In this document: positions 15,386 through 30,731 of the stretch, one piece after another
Position numbering within the stretch: position 1 is the stretch's first letter
How the letters are laid out: every line of letters starts with the position of its first letter
Source of the DNA: Neocallimastix sp. 'constans'
Taxonomy: Eukaryota
Length of the DNA: 64,000 nucleotides
Direction: 5' to 3'
Assembly: GCA_050613775.1 (NCBI GenBank)
Contig: JBODTK010000001.1
Location: forward strand, 2,108,001-2,172,000
Program-made: the position numbers and the translations under genes
Notes under the pieces: generated by a model
Database searches by the model: none
The model's input: the letters and a program-made list of their open reading frames with translations, nothing else
What the model was told of the DNA's origin: nothing

Positions 15386-15831
15386 AAGTCATACTCATGT
15401 AACAAAAGTTTAAAAATTGTACTATGAGAAAAAATATCGATAGTACATCTTTTTTTTTTGTTTTGTTTATGAAATTTTTAATTAATGATATATTATTTAA
15501 AAATAAAGTATAATAATATATTTATATATAATAAAAAGGAAAAATGGATTTAATAAGTTTATAAATTTATAATAATATATTATATAAAGAGATATTTTGA
15601 ATATATATTATATTTTACTTCTACTGTTATAGTTTATATTATTTAGTATATCATTATATATATAACTTGATCCTTCAAACCAATCTTCTCTTAATGAAAA
15701 TAATAGCCATTGTGCATCTGATTGTTAAAATTATTTAATTAGATATAGAAAATATATACTTTATGAGATATTGTTCATTTTCATATACATTCATTTTTTT
15801 TTGTTATCATTTAATAATTTTATTTTTTTTC

Positions 15832-15865
<34 letters not shown>

Positions 15866-16205
15866 AATATTAATAATAAAGTTTTTTAATCACCTTCTAG
15901 AATTTTTATTAATACTAATAAAAAGTTATTGAATGGTATTCTTTTGACGAATCTTGTGAATAACGGAAATATTATTTTCTATCATAAGAGAATATATTAA
16001 TAATATATATTATTTAATAATAGTACAAAATATATTATTATTATTATTTTTTTTTTTTTTGATTCATCAATATAAATAATATTATAATATATACTTCAAA
16101 TCTATTTAAAATAGGTGGATAAATAATGAGATTTTCTTCTTCCTTATTTTCATTTTCAATTTCATCATCCTCCATTATAACATCAAAATTATTAGGTTGA
16201 TCCAT
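7063..16205 (-). CDS. TmcB/TmcC-like large multi-pass membrane protein, about 33 exons
   Basis: ATG at 16205 (MDQPNNFDV...KIIFPLF...ILEDAQWLLFSL). An N-terminal TM cluster includes 13470-13880. A helical region follows (EHHCELACRYI; QAVELHMKALSEIKVLLKSLR), then a long S/R-rich loop exon at 10234-11705, further TM segments, MFGRVPK, GCVRK...SCSNR...GYTEEIA, and the C-terminus FLFIVPQFYIKNNESYQRFLETGQVEED* (stop 7063-7065). Exons from 12161 to the stop splice in frame; exons around 14000-15450 are only approximately resolved. The family call is from recalled architecture. Confidence 0.7.
7868..8012. repeat. (AAAT)n microsatellite in an intron
   Basis: Read directly. Confidence 0.9.
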
Positions 16206-16250
16206 ATTAAATAATGAAAATTTTATTTATTTATTTATTTGCAATATATT

Positions 16251-16304
<54 letters not shown>

Positions 16305-17176
16305 TATATCAGAAAAATTTTTGTTTATTCTCTTTAACTAGTATTTTCTTTAATGAGGTTTTCCAAAAAAAAAAAAAAAAAAAAAAAAATTTAATATATT
16401 ATTAAATTATTATCTCTTTAATTAATATATTAAATAAATGTTTTGAAATAATTCTTTTCAAATGAGTATTTTGAATAATTATTAATAAGATTAAAATATA
16501 TTATTTTATATATTTACTTATAATATAAAAAATAGAAATATTGAAATTTATTCTATTAATTATAGATTAAATAAACCTATATATTTTTTAATAATTAATC
16601 AAAATACATTAATTATATTTTAACCATTATTATTATTATATGTATTATATGGAAGTGATAGTATTCTTTTTAATTTTTATTTCTTTTTTTATATAAATAG
16701 TTTTATTTTTACTAAATTTTTTTATATTGAACTAGGAATTTTTTTTCTAATAAAAATTTCTGCCAAAATTATGACATAGTAATGTAAATTTTAATATATT
16801 AAATTATATTAAATATTTTTTTTTTTATTTAACAATTAACAAATTAAGCTTTATTTGCTATTATACAATTATATATTGATATAAAGTAAAAAAAGTATAA
16901 ATTATTTTTTAATTTATGTAGTTTTTATATATAATAGAATTATCATAATATAGTTTATATTAGTTTTTTTATTTTTTGTTGAAATTAAAATTATATCATG
17001 TTAATAAAAATTAATAAATAAATAAATAAATAAATAAGTAAATAAATAAATAAATAAATAAATAAGTAAATAAATAAATTAATAATATAAACATATAAAT
17101 AGTATATATTTCAAAGTTTCAATATATTTTTTTGTATTTATTAACAATACAAAAAGATATGATATTAATATTATAA

Positions 17177-17207
<31 letters not shown>

Positions 17208-17642
17208 CTTCTAATAACTAAATAGATATAGTATATTTATACAATATATATATTATGTTTTTGTATTTAATTATTAATAGAAATGAAATTCAGATATATT
17301 ATAATTAATACATACTAATGATTAGAAGTAAAGAGAAATATTTATTTATATATATATATTTAGGTAAAGTCTATATATATAATAACTTTATTAATAATAT
17401 AAGACAAAAAAAAATAGGAAATATTAGGTATAGAAAAAAAAAAAGAATAAAAAAAAAAAAAAAACAAAGATTCATATTTGTTTTAATAATATTGTTTCAA
17501 TTCATTCATGATAAACATTTTTTTTTAATAATTTTTAAATAAATATTATCTTCATCTTTATGTTATATATATTTTGATCTTATTGCAACTTAAAATATAT
17601 AATAAATAACCTTTTAACCTTTTAGTTATTATATTTTAAAAA

Positions 17643-17680
<38 letters not shown>

Positions 17681-18054
17681 TAGTATTGAATTGAATTAAA
17701 TTTTTTTTTATTATTTTTTTAATAAACTATTGAAGTTGGTCATTAATTCAAGTTACATGTAAACTCACTTTGAAGGCAAAAGTAGGAAAAGTTAACTTTA
17801 TATATATATAATTATTAATTGAAATAGGCAAATTTAAATTAAATAATTGGAATTTGTTATTTAATTTTTAAAGTTATAATGTATTAAATTAATTTAGTAA
17901 ATCTTAAAAATATTTATAAAAATATTTATTAATTAAACAAATTTAATAAGTTTAAAAGTAATTTTTTATTTTAATTATTTAAAAAAAAAAATTAATATAA
18001 ATATTTGAATCAAAATAAAAATAAGAACCAAATATAAAATACTATTTAATATTA

Positions 18055-18120
18055 AATAATAATAATAATAATAATTATAATAATAATAATAATAATTATA
18101 ATAATAATAATAATAATAAT

Positions 18121-18189
<69 letters not shown>

Positions 18190-18218
18190 TATAATAATAA
18201 TAATAATAATAATAATAA
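18055..18218. repeat. (AAT)n microsatellite
   Basis: Read directly; source of the poly-Ile ORF. Confidence 0.95.
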
Positions 18219-19629
18219 AATCGAGGATTTTATTGATCAAATAAATAACTAACTAACTAAATAAATAAATAAATATATTGTAAATTATAAATTATAAATT
18301 AAATTGTAAATAATAAATATTAAATAATAATATATAAACAATAAATTATAATTTATAAATATAATATATAAAATATAATATATAATATATAATATTATAT
18401 ATAATATAATATGTAATTAATTTTGTATAATATAAAATTTTAATACAGAACAAATTTTGAAAATTCATCTATATATTTTATATTTTATAAATTAAAATTT
18501 GCTTTTTAAATCAAAAAAAAAAAAAAAAAATAATATTAAATTGTTATATCATAATTTTTTTTTTTTTTTAATTTTAAATCTTATATTTTTTGTCATTACT
18601 ATAGATGAAAAGTAATACTAGTAATACTAGTAGTACTAGTTATTTCATCATAATGTTTCTTCATAAATCTCAAAGTGACCCATGATAAAATATAGTTAGG
18701 CCCAACAGGGTTTTTACCGCATTCCTTTTCTTTCACAATTTAAATATATAAATGAAAAACCGAACTAATGAAAATAAAAGTCATAACAAGAACATAACTT
18801 TAATAATTTTTTTCTATTTTCTTTTTTAAATAAAGAATAAACAATCTTTGGTTTATTTATTATCCTAATGTTGAATTTATACTACCTATAATTCTCTCAG
18901 ATTTATAAAAGAATAAAAATATAAATATTATGTATCATTATTAGAATTTAGTATAAATGAATCTATTAATACTATTAAAATTGACTATATCCACTTCAAA
19001 GATAATTTTTGTTTGTTTTCTAATTTTTGTTTGCTTTCAAAAGTTTAAATAGTAAAATCTTTATAATGTTCTTTTTCTAATTTTTTTAAAATCATAATAA
19101 TTTTATAAAATTTTAATTATATATATAATATAAATGGATGTAAATTAAAATGAAATGATTAAAAGATCTATGTATTAGAGTTAAAATAATAGATATTCAT
19201 TAAAATTAAATATTTTTTTATTATGATAGTAAATAAAAATGTCAGAAGTTATAGCAATAATAGTTTTAAAATATTTAAACAAATCTTGTAATAATAAAAA
19301 ACAAAAAAAAAAAGCATAAAAAAAAAAAAAAAAAGAAAGATCAAAAATATAATATGAAAGAAAAAAAGAAATAAAACTAAAGTATCTTTTAAGAGAACTA
19401 AATAATAATAATTATTATTAAATCTAAAAAAAAAAAATTTTAATTTCTTATGTTATTTTTATGAAAATTTTGTAATATATTATTATTTATTATTTCATCA
19501 TTCTCTTTTCTTTTCTCTAATATTGTGGATTAAAGTATAGAAAGAATATATCAAAAGAAAAAAATATTATTTATTCTTTCTTTAGATTAAATATAAATAA
19601 AAGTCTTAACATTATTTATAAAAATAATT

Positions 19630-19668
<39 letters not shown>

Positions 19669-20018
19669 TAATATTAAAGAAAAGATATATATAAATAAAT
19701 CATCTTAAATAAAAGATACTTGATCCCTGAATATGTTTCTATTGTACTTAAAAAATTTAATTAATACTTTTTTAATTACTTATTTTAATTTGTGTAAACA
19801 TTTGAAGATAGTAACTTTGATTTATTAATAACTAATTCACCCACATATATATATACACACACTTATATATATTTATTTTTAATTTTTATATGCTTTTTTA
19901 AATATATTCGCTTTTATTTTTGCTCTTATTTGTGATATATAAATATATTAATTTTTCTCTTATAGATAAATATAATTTTTTATAATTTATTTTCTTTATT
20001 TTTTATTTATTTTCTTTT

Positions 20019-20053
<35 letters not shown>

Positions 20054-20785
20054 CATAAACTTTCATTTATATTATAATTTTTTTTTAAAAAGATAGCATT
20101 TTATGTTTTAATTTGATCTTTAATAGTAATAATTTTATATAGAAATGTTTATCATCTACTCATTGATAAATAATATTTTTTAGAGTAAATAAAAAAATTC
20201 AAGCATAAAAAGTGTATATATTGGTATATATTTTTCACATTATATCATTTCTTTTGTATAATTATTAATTTAGTCAGTAATGGATTTTTCTTTCAAAATT
20301 TTTTAAAGAATACTCAGCTCTATACCATTTACAACTTAAAATGAATAATATCGTATAATAAGTGTAACTCTCCCATTATTTTATCTTGTAAATTTAATAT
20401 GCTACTTGCAAAACTCTCCAAATGCAACTATAAATATTTTCATTACTGGGGAGTTGTTAACCTAAGTGATAATACTTATTAAAGGATTTTGAGTCATTTT
20501 GTATTGATCATGCATTTTTAATAAATTAGAGGATAAATATATTAATATTATACCTCTTTACATTTTGAATATTAACCTTATAATTATTTTTCTTTTATTA
20601 AAATGTAATCTTCTACAAAAATAAATTGTCTCTTTATATTTGTAATATTAATTGTATAGACATTTTTTTATCAAAAATTTGCACGATTGTCTCTATTTTT
20701 ATTTTTAATAATTGTATATCCAATTAATAACTACAATAGTAATAATATCAAAAATAAAAATAATATTTATAATAATTAATATTTA

Positions 20786-21346
20786 TAAATAATAAATAAT
20801 AAAAGTAATAATAAATAATAAATAATAAATTAAATAAATAAAAAATAATAAATTAAATAAATAATAAATAATAAATAATAAATAATAAATAATAAATAAT
20901 AAATAATAAATAATAAATAATAAATAATAAATAATAAATAATAAATAATAATAATAAATAATAAATAATAAATAATAAATAATAAATAATAAATAATAAA
21001 TAATAAATAATAAATAATAAATAATAATTAATAAATAATAAATAATAAATAATAAATAATAAATAATAAATAATAAATAATAAATAATAAATAATAAATA
21101 ATAAATAATAAATAATAAATAATAAATAATAAATAATAAATAATAAATAATAAATAATAAATAATAAATAATAAATAATAAATAATAAATAATAAATAAT
21201 AAATAATAAATAATAAATAATAAATAATAAATAATAAATAATAAATAATAAATAATAAATAATAAATAATAAATAATAAAAGTAATAATAAATAATATAT
21301 TAATAATAATAATAAATAATAAATCATAAATCATAAATCATAAATA
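20786..21346. repeat. (AATAATA)n heptamer satellite, about 550 bp
   Basis: Long 7-bp period array ending in three AAATCAT variant units; source of the LLFIIYY ORFs. Confidence 0.95.
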
Positions 21347-24300
21347 ATTGTGACAATTATAATAGTAATTATAAAAATTTTACCAGAAAGTTATTACAAT
21401 ACATCAACCATAAATTATATTTCACAAATATATTTGTTAATAATATAATTATTCTATTTTACATATTATTTTAATAAAATATAATAAAAAGATTTATGTT
21501 TATTAAAAAAAAATTATTATTCTTATTATTTGTAAATAATATGGCTTGATCATAATAATTTAAAATTTCTAAAAAATAACTATTCTAAATATTTAATATA
21601 GATTAATATAAAATGTTTTCTTTCGGATAATATTAATTATATAGTTACTTATTCATAAAAGGAAAAATAGGGTAATGTTAAAAATTTTTTTTATATATTA
21701 AATAAAATTTTATACTATATTTTCTTTTTCTATTGTTTAATTGATAATATTAAAATATATTGTTTGTGTAATATTTTTTTAAATTTATGCCGTTTTTCTA
21801 ACCATGTGTTCAATAAAAAATATTTTTTTTTCATCTTTTTATAAAAAAAATATATATATATAAAAATAAGAATATGGTTAAATATATTGACCAATATTTA
21901 AATCGTTACAAATAATCTAAATTTAATATATTAAGAGAGAATTTTAAATATAATTATTTTGTAAGTAGTACAAAAATTTTAAAAAAACTTTTAATTATTG
22001 TAATTTAATTATTTATAAATATTTAAATTTCTATTTTACAACATATCTACATAATGAATACACAAAAAAACTTTAAAAATATTAAATATTAATATTATAT
22101 TGTTTATTTCAATATTATTGTTAAATAAGATTTATTATATATTTGATTTTTTTAATTATAAAAATTATATATATATTTTATTTTTACTGAATTAGATGAA
22201 AATAAATACTAAAATGGTTTGTATTAAATATATTTTACGTATTAATAAAAATTAAATAGTTATTTCTTTTGACTTGATTATAGTTTTTTTAATATTTTTT
22301 TTTATTGAATTAATTGTATATTATTAATTTTTAATAAAAAAAATACTTTATAATATTTTAATTAGTTTTGAATATTATATTTTATTTTTTAATTTAAAGT
22401 TTATAATTAAAATTATACAATATTTTTTTTATTTATAATAAAAAAAAATATACTTTTTATAATATAAATGAGAAAAAAAAGTGTGATAATTTTTTATTCA
22501 TTTTTAAATTTCTATATTTTAAATACTAAAATCATTATAAAATACATTTGAATTAATCAAACAAAATTAAAATAATACATATAATAATGGAGATGATACT
22601 TTTTAGAATTATTAATGTATTTGAATTTTAAAATGCTTTTTTGATTAATAAATATGGCAATAAAACTTTTAAATAATAGTAATATATTATAATAAATATA
22701 TATATATACAAATAAATATAAAAAAATAAACAATATTATTGTCAATATTTTAAGTCTTTTTATTATATATTACTATAATTATCCTTAATGCTATTAATTT
22801 TATAATTTAATATATTATTAATACTACTAATATATTATGAATATATGCATAATATATTAAAAATATATTATTTAATATTGCATTTTATATAGGTTTGGAA
22901 CTTTTTGAAATTTGGGAACATTTAGTAATTTTTAACATTATTAAAAGATTAAATTTGAAAGTTTCTTATAAAAAAGTAGTAGTTATATATATATAATTTC
23001 TTGTAAAAACTATTTATTAAAATATCTGATTAATTATAACAAAATTAATAATTAATATTTATAGTTTTAAATTCGAAACATTGAAAATTAACCGAAATAT
23101 AAGTATATGAAGGGTAATTTTTTTAAAAAAAAAAGTAGATCATAATATTTTAAATAACGAGAAATATCTAATAAAGAAATTATTGAGAATAATATAAAAA
23201 AATATAATTATTAATATTACATAAAAAAAAGAAAAAAAGAATTAAAAAATGTCACATCAGATTTATAAATAGTGATATGTTAAAAAAAAAAAACCTGTAT
23301 AATAATGAGACATTTTAATTCCTATTTATATTTAAAACATTATGTTTGTTATTTAAATATTACTATTTAAAAACATATAATAAAGATAATAAAGATAATA
23401 AAGATAATAAAGATCAATTAAGAATTTTAATATATATATATAAAATAAATATATTATACTTTTCTTTTTATAAAGAGTATGAGGCATTTTAAATAAAAGT
23501 GTATTTTCTTTTTAGTATCTTTTTTTTAAACTATTATAATAATAAATATTACACTACCTTTATTTTAAATTATTTTTATTTCTTTATTATACAATTATAA
23601 AAAATAAAAAAAATTATATTATTAATGCTTATTATTGAATACTTCCAATTTCCTGAACATATTATTTTACTAAATGTTATACTAATAAATTATAAAAAAT
23701 AAAAAAAAGTGAAATTATTAGATTTTATTTATTATGTTATAATTATGCTTGTATAGAGAAATTACAAAATTTATTAAATCAATAATATATAAATTTAATT
23801 AGAAAAACTTAAATTTTTGCTTATTTAAAAATTAGAAAAAATTACCAAAATTAATAAGCTAATTATTTTTAATAACACTATAATCAAATATCCTTACATA
23901 TTATTAATATATTAATTTAATATATATGGCAAGTATAATATATAAAATTTAGGTAATTTTTAATATAACTTTAAATAATCTTAAAAATTTAAAAATTAAA
24001 ACGATAGTATAAATTAATTTAAAGAAACAATTTATAAAAATAAAATATAATAATTTTAATATTAAATTCATAAAATCGTATTATTTATAAATATATAATT
24101 TATATATATTAAAAAAAATAGTTATTTAATATATCAATATACTTCGATTAATTATGAGAAAATTCATTTTTTTTTTATTTTTATTTTTATTTTTATTTTT
24201 ATTTTTATTTTTATTTTTAATTTTTTGTTATCCAAAACAAGTGAAATTATTTATTGTGATCTTGTACATATTAACTTGGTTAATTTTATCCCTGTTATAA

Positions 24301-25824
24301 TATATCATATATAATATTTAATAATAATAGTACTATGAAAATTTAGTTACATTATTTAGTTGGGGTTACTATTATATTAATATTTTGAATTTAAGTAACC
24401 TATGTACAAATTATATATATACAAAAAATGCCTTAATTGTGTTGTAAAAAACAAACAATAAAATAGAATCATAATAAAATAAAATCATAAAAATAATTTT
24501 TATTTAATACATATTATTCAAAATATAATACATTATTTAAATATTATACATTATATATTTATTATATATTTGAGTAATTTTAATAAATTATTATCTATTA
24601 AATTTTAATTACACAAAAAAAAAATTTATATTAAAATGAATTTTTTTTTTTTTTTTTTTTTTGAATTGTACAAAAATTTTTAATTTATAATAATTAAAGT
24701 TTTATATTATACATATAATATTTTTTTTTTTGTTATTTAAATTATAAAAATACAAGAATATATTTTAAATAACAAAATTGTTTATTCATATATAATAAAA
24801 TATATAATATATTAACTATATAAACATAAATTTATATTAATTTATGAAATTGTTTATTATGAAATAATTTTATTAATATAATACGGCAGTTTAACAATAA
24901 TAATCTAATTTAAATTAATAAAAGGAAAAGTTGTAATACATAAATATATAGATAAGATTAAAAAACATAATATGTATATTATATTATATTTATTTCTATT
25001 GCTTATTAGTAAACTTTTTAATAAATATTTAATTATTAATATAAATTAATATTTTATATTGATAATTGATTATATTTATTAATATACCCTTAATTTATAT
25101 ATAATATATTTTGAAACTGTATATTGTAATATTAATAGCCATTTATATAATATATAAACAAAAAAATTTTTTTTTCTCATTTTTGAGTTTTCTCTTTTTT
25201 TTTTTTTTTTTTTTATATATATTTTTGATAAATATTATATATATAAAAAAAAGGAAGTTGAATAAAACATTATAGAGTTAGTATTTGAATTTATTTATTT
25301 TGATAATTTGTATTTTTTATTTAATAACGAATAAGTAAAAAAAAAAAAAAAAAAAAAAAAAATAGAAAGTGATAGTAATAAAAAAAAAAAGAAGTTATTA
25401 AATTTATTAAGTATTTAAATAATAAAATTTGAAAAAAAGGTAATGATTTAAATATATATATTTAAAGTATATTTTGAATTGAAAATAAAGAAAAAGATAA
25501 AAAAATAAAATTTGAAAATTGAGAATATAGGGAGTAATACTAAAAAAATTATTATATATGAAGATTAAATTATCAATAAAATAATATGTTTATATTAACA
25601 ACGACAAATAGGAAGATATATATTAAAGAAATTTTATTCTATAAAATATTATTTGATGAGATCAATTTTATTAACGAAAATCTTTTCTTTGTATATATAA
25701 ATATAATAAATTATATATTTTTATTGGAATTTTATTTTTTTATTTTTTTTTTCAAAATAATAATAATAATAATAATAATAAAATAAGTGATAACAAATAT
25801 TTAAATATATATTTAAATATTACA

Positions 25825-27666
25825 ATGGAACATGATTATGAAGAATCGAACTATATCAATTATAATAAATTTAATTATTCAAAGAAACAAGTAATACAAC
25901 ATAGACATATTAATTCGGATAGTTCTGTTAATAATAAGCAAAATAAAAATACACAAGGAATGGCGTCACCTCCAAGTTCATATTCATCCTCCCCATCAAA
26001 GAATTACTATGATTCACATAAGAGGGATGAGAGTTTAGCGTATAAAAGCTCAAGTATGGATGATTATCAGCTTTATCAAAAGCAAAAGTATTACAATAAG
26101 CAAAATCAAGATTTGAAATATCAATTACAAAAACATCAAGAAGATATTCAAAAAAGCTTACAGTATTGTCAACAACAACAACACTATGCTTCCACACCAA
26201 GAAGAGAAATGATGGAATCACCAGTAATGAAAATTGAAAAGACTATGAAATCTGAACCAACATTAAATAAACAATCGGAACTTTCAAAAATGATCCCAAG
26301 AGATCCAAGAGGTGATATTACTACTTCGATGGGTAATTTAACTCTTGGTGAAAGAAAACAAGATACTCTTTCTCCTAATTATGGATCAAAGAGTGGTGTT
26401 CACAAGCATAGAAAGATGAAGTCTTCAAGTGATATGCATATATATGACAATCAAGTTAAGAAATCATTACATAAAAGAATAAATAGTAATGAGAATTATA
26501 ATGAAGAAGAAATCATAAGTGATAACGATAGTCGTAGAGATTTAATATTGAAAGATAGTGGTAGTAATGGTAAAAAACAAAATAGATATAAGTACTCTGA
26601 AAAACAACCATACAATAGTCCAAGTATGGGTCAAGCTCAAATACCGGTATCACAAAATCCAAATTATAATAAGTTTAATGATGAAGGCTTAGATATTTCA
26701 GTAGGTGAAATTCTTACTCATGGTTTAAAGGCAATGATTAAAAGTAAAGTACCACTTTGCTATTTCCTTCATACTCTTATTGAAGATTATTGTTGTGAAA
26801 ATTTATTCTTTTATCTTGAAATTGAACAATATAAGGTATTTATGTTTGAAAGTGCAAAAGCTCAACTTAAAGCTGCACAATACATTTACATTACCTACCT
26901 AGATGCTTCAAGTAAAATTGAGGTTAATATTGATGAAAAGATTAGAAGAGAAATTCTTAATCAATTAAATAGTAAAACTTGTAATTTACCAGCTGTATTT
27001 GATAAAGCTAGTGAAGCCGTTTTTGCTTTAATGGAATCTTCTTATGCTAAATTTAATAGAAGTGATATTAAACGTCAAATGATCGATGAATTAGATAATA
27101 CTAATATATATTCTGAAGAACATAAAATTAATGCTATAAGATTATTAACTAGCTATTTAGATAAAAGAAAGAGGGAATTAGAAGTTGATGAAGAAATAAT
27201 GAATATGAATGCAGAAAATAATCCAATGCCAGGTGATATGGGAATATCTCCAGAGCAAATGCTTCATTATTCCAACGTCCAAAGACACAAACTTATTTAT
27301 GCGTTGACCCATGAATTCATTCGTGCTTTCTTAGAGTTAGATTTTGATGATGAATCTGTTCCAGGTGAAGTATGTGTTTTTAGACCACCAATTCAATATA
27401 TTCAAAATATTAATGAAGATCCATTAAAGCATCTTTCTTCATCTCCAACTAGTAAGCGTATTATGCAAGATGTTCAAATTACTATTAACACTGATAGTCA
27501 AGGTCAACAATATCAAATGATTACTACGCCACCAATACCAATAGCTTCGTTTAGATTAGATAATTATGGTTCTCTTAATAGTAGTATTAGCCGTTCATCT
27601 AATAATAAAAATAATAGTGCTAATCCATTTAAGAAATTTATGAAATCAGTAAAATTAATGAATTAG
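25825..27666 (+). CDS. RGS (regulator of G-protein signalling) domain protein, single exon, 613 aa
   Basis: PLCYFLHTLIEDYCCENLFFYLEIEQYK...AAQYIYITYLDASSKIEVNIDEKIRREI...VFDKASEAVFALMESSYAKF matches the RGS-box motifs (ENLxF, IYxxY, EVNID, FDxA, LMExxSYxxF). The N-terminus is disordered. Confidence 0.93.
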   Translation: MEHDYEESNYINYNKFNYSKKQVIQHRHINSDSSVNNKQNKNTQGMASPPSSYSSSPSKNYYDSHKRDESLAYKSSSMDDYQLYQKQKYYNKQNQDLKYQLQKHQEDIQKSLQYCQQQQHYASTPRREMMESPVMKIEKTMKSEPTLNKQSELSKMIPRDPRGDITTSMGNLTLGERKQDTLSPNYGSKSGVHKHRKMKSSSDMHIYDNQVKKSLHKRINSNENYNEEEIISDNDSRRDLILKDSGSNGKKQNRYKYSEKQPYNSPSMGQAQIPVSQNPNYNKFNDEGLDISVGEILTHGLKAMIKSKVPLCYFLHTLIEDYCCENLFFYLEIEQYKVFMFESAKAQLKAAQYIYITYLDASSKIEVNIDEKIRREILNQLNSKTCNLPAVFDKASEAVFALMESSYAKFNRSDIKRQMIDELDNTNIYSEEHKINAIRLLTSYLDKRKRELEVDEEIMNMNAENNPMPGDMGISPEQMLHYSNVQRHKLIYALTHEFIRAFLELDFDDESVPGEVCVFRPPIQYIQNINEDPLKHLSSSPTSKRIMQDVQITINTDSQGQQYQMITTPPIPIASFRLDNYGSLNSSISRSSNNKNNSANPFKKFMKSVKLMN

Positions 27667-28350
27667 GAATAAAAAAAAAATAGACAGAAAAATTAATTTA
27701 TTTTGAATAATATAATTAAAATATAATAATATACATCTAATAATCATAAATATATATATATAAAAGATAGTAATTTAAAATTATAAATCCAAAATATAGA
27801 ATCTTTTTTCAAGATGATTAATACAAAAATTCATTAGGAAGTATTTTTCAAACCTTTTTTTTAGTAATAATAAAAGAAGTGGAGAAATATTCAAGAAACT
27901 GGGGAAAAAAAGATATTTAAAGCACATTTTATTTAGATAAAAAAAAGATAGTGATTTTTTTTATATTATTTAGAAAAAATAGATTTTTATATAGTCTTGA
28001 TAATGAAAAAATGGAAAGTAAAAATAAAAAAACTTCTAGTTACTTTTCCAATTAAAATATTCTTTAAAAAGGAAAGTAATATATAAAATATATAGTAACA
28101 TTTATAATTCCCAGAATAAACAAAAGGATATATTTCTTATTTATATATTATTTAAAAAAAAGGTAAAATCTAGAATATTTTTAATTTAAAACTATTTAAA
28201 ACTACATTTTTATATACATTAACAAAAAAATATTAAAAAAAAAAGTAAACAATAAATAGGTTTTGTTTACGTTATTAATTATTTAAATATAAATAATTAG
28301 TAAAAATATTAAAAATTTTATAAACCATTTTATTTAAAAAATTTAAATAT

Positions 28351-28386
<36 letters not shown>

Positions 28387-28648
28387 ATATATATAAGATA
28401 AATATTAATTTAAATAATACAATTTAAAGTAATATTTATAATAATATAGTAAGCAATGTTAATTAATTATATATATAGGAGTATTTTTTAATATTAAAAA
28501 AAAAAATACATAATTGTTTATTATATTATTATTTCTGTACAAAACAGAAAAATAATTTTAAGGCATTCGTATAATTTTTGGACTATCTTTTTACTAATGG
28601 AAAGTAAAAGAGAGTTGTATTAATTATTGTTTGACCTTTTATCATTAA

Positions 28649-28679
<31 letters not shown>

Positions 28680-28816
28680 CAATAATTTTAGAAAATATCA
28701 TTTAAAAATACTATTTATTTATAAATTTTATAGAAATATTTCTTTTTATAGACTAAAAAAAAAAAAAAAAAATACAATATTCAAAATCATTATTTAAATA
28801 TTTTTAATTTATTATT

Positions 28817-28848
<32 letters not shown>

Positions 28849-29927
28849 AAATAACATTTATTTATTCTGTTAAATTAAAACTAATAAAGAGAATATAATT
28901 ATAAAAAATATATTAATATAATTTTAGTAAATGTTTTTATTTTTTATTATGTCAATTATAATTAAACTTTAACTATTAATAATATAAAGTTGTTCATTAT
29001 GATGTATTTAATTGAATATTTAAATATAATTTATTAATTTTTTCAAATAATTATCTATTATTTTTATTATTATTTTTTAGTTCTTAATTTATTTATTAAT
29101 AAATATATTTTGATATTTTTGATTATGTTATTAATATATAAATTTATTAAAAAAGATAAGTTATAGTATCAAAACATATGAATGCGTATTAATTATAACT
29201 TTTAATAATTTATAAAATTTTATTATTATTTTTATTATTATAATTATAATAATAATAATAATAAAATTTTATTAATAATAATTTAATAATAATAATAAAA
29301 TTTTATTAATAATAATTATAATAATAATAATAATAAATTTTTATTACTAATAATTTTCACTATGAATTGATTTTACAAAATTGCTTTATAATACATTTTT
29401 TTAACAACTTTTTATATAGTAAAGTGTATCATTTTAATTGTTACATTATTTATTAAATAAATTATTAAAAAATTATATAAAAATATTTATTTTCATTAAA
29501 TTCAAATAAAAATAAATAGCGTAAAATATTTTTAGTTTAATTAATTTTTTTTTTTCTAATAATAAATTAATATTTTATAAAATAATGTATTTTTATTATA
29601 TACAATTATCTATAAAAAGGAGAAAAAATTCACCCATATAAATTCATTCATATTTATTTAACATTCTTACCTTTGAAATATAATCAAAAAGTATATAAAT
29701 AATAGTTTATATTTATTATATTAAAAAATTTTAATATTTATATTTTTTGAAATTAATAGTTATTATTTAATAAATTTAATAATGTATTTATACCTAAATT
29801 ATTATATTCTTCATGATCAAATCTTTAATATTTAAACATATAACAAAAATATATATATATATATATAAATATTAATTGCTTAATTATCAATATTTTGTGA
29901 TAAAGTGTTAATAATAATGCTAAATCT

Positions 29928-30068
<141 letters not shown>

Positions 30069-30731
30069 ACTTTTTGTATGATACTAATATTTATTATAAT
30101 AATTATTTGTTATTTAATAGTAATTAAAATTTTATTAACTGTAAATATAATTTAATAAATATAATTTAATATAGTTTAATCATTAACATTTTATATCGCT
30201 AAAAGATAATTTGAAAATGAACAAATGTAAGACATTTTATTATTATTTATATATATGAAATATAATTATAAAAATTTTTAATTTTTTGGCATAAAAACAA
30301 ATAAAAATATTGGAACATTATTCCTACTATAATTATTTATTAATTATATAATATATTAATATACTTTTTTTTTAATTATTTATTTTATTTTGATTTATTG
30401 TAAAACCTTTTTATAATAAACTTTAATAAAATAATAAAATAAGAAATTATATAAAAACTTTCTTACATTGATATTCTTATTTTTGAAAATTACTATTTTT
30501 TTTTCTATGATTTGAAATAAAGATAATATTAGTATTAACAATGATAATAATATAAATGATATATATATTTATATATATGTATATATATAATATTTTTTTT
30601 TTTCTTTATCATTTTTTTTGTAATTAAATTTTTATTATTATTTATATATAATACAATATTATAATAGTATTATATACCTTTGTATAAATAATTATTTATA
30701 AATATTTATTAAAAAAAATATTTTAATTTAA

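Noticed and set aside
18604..18650. Helitron 3' end (CTAG repeats and hairpin)
   Set aside because: It is a 9-bp tandem TACTAGTA(A/G) repeat with no GC-rich subterminal hairpin and no matching 5' end.
20783..21334. 183-aa and 99-aa LLFIIYY ORFs as membrane proteins
   Set aside because: They are translations of the 7-bp satellite.
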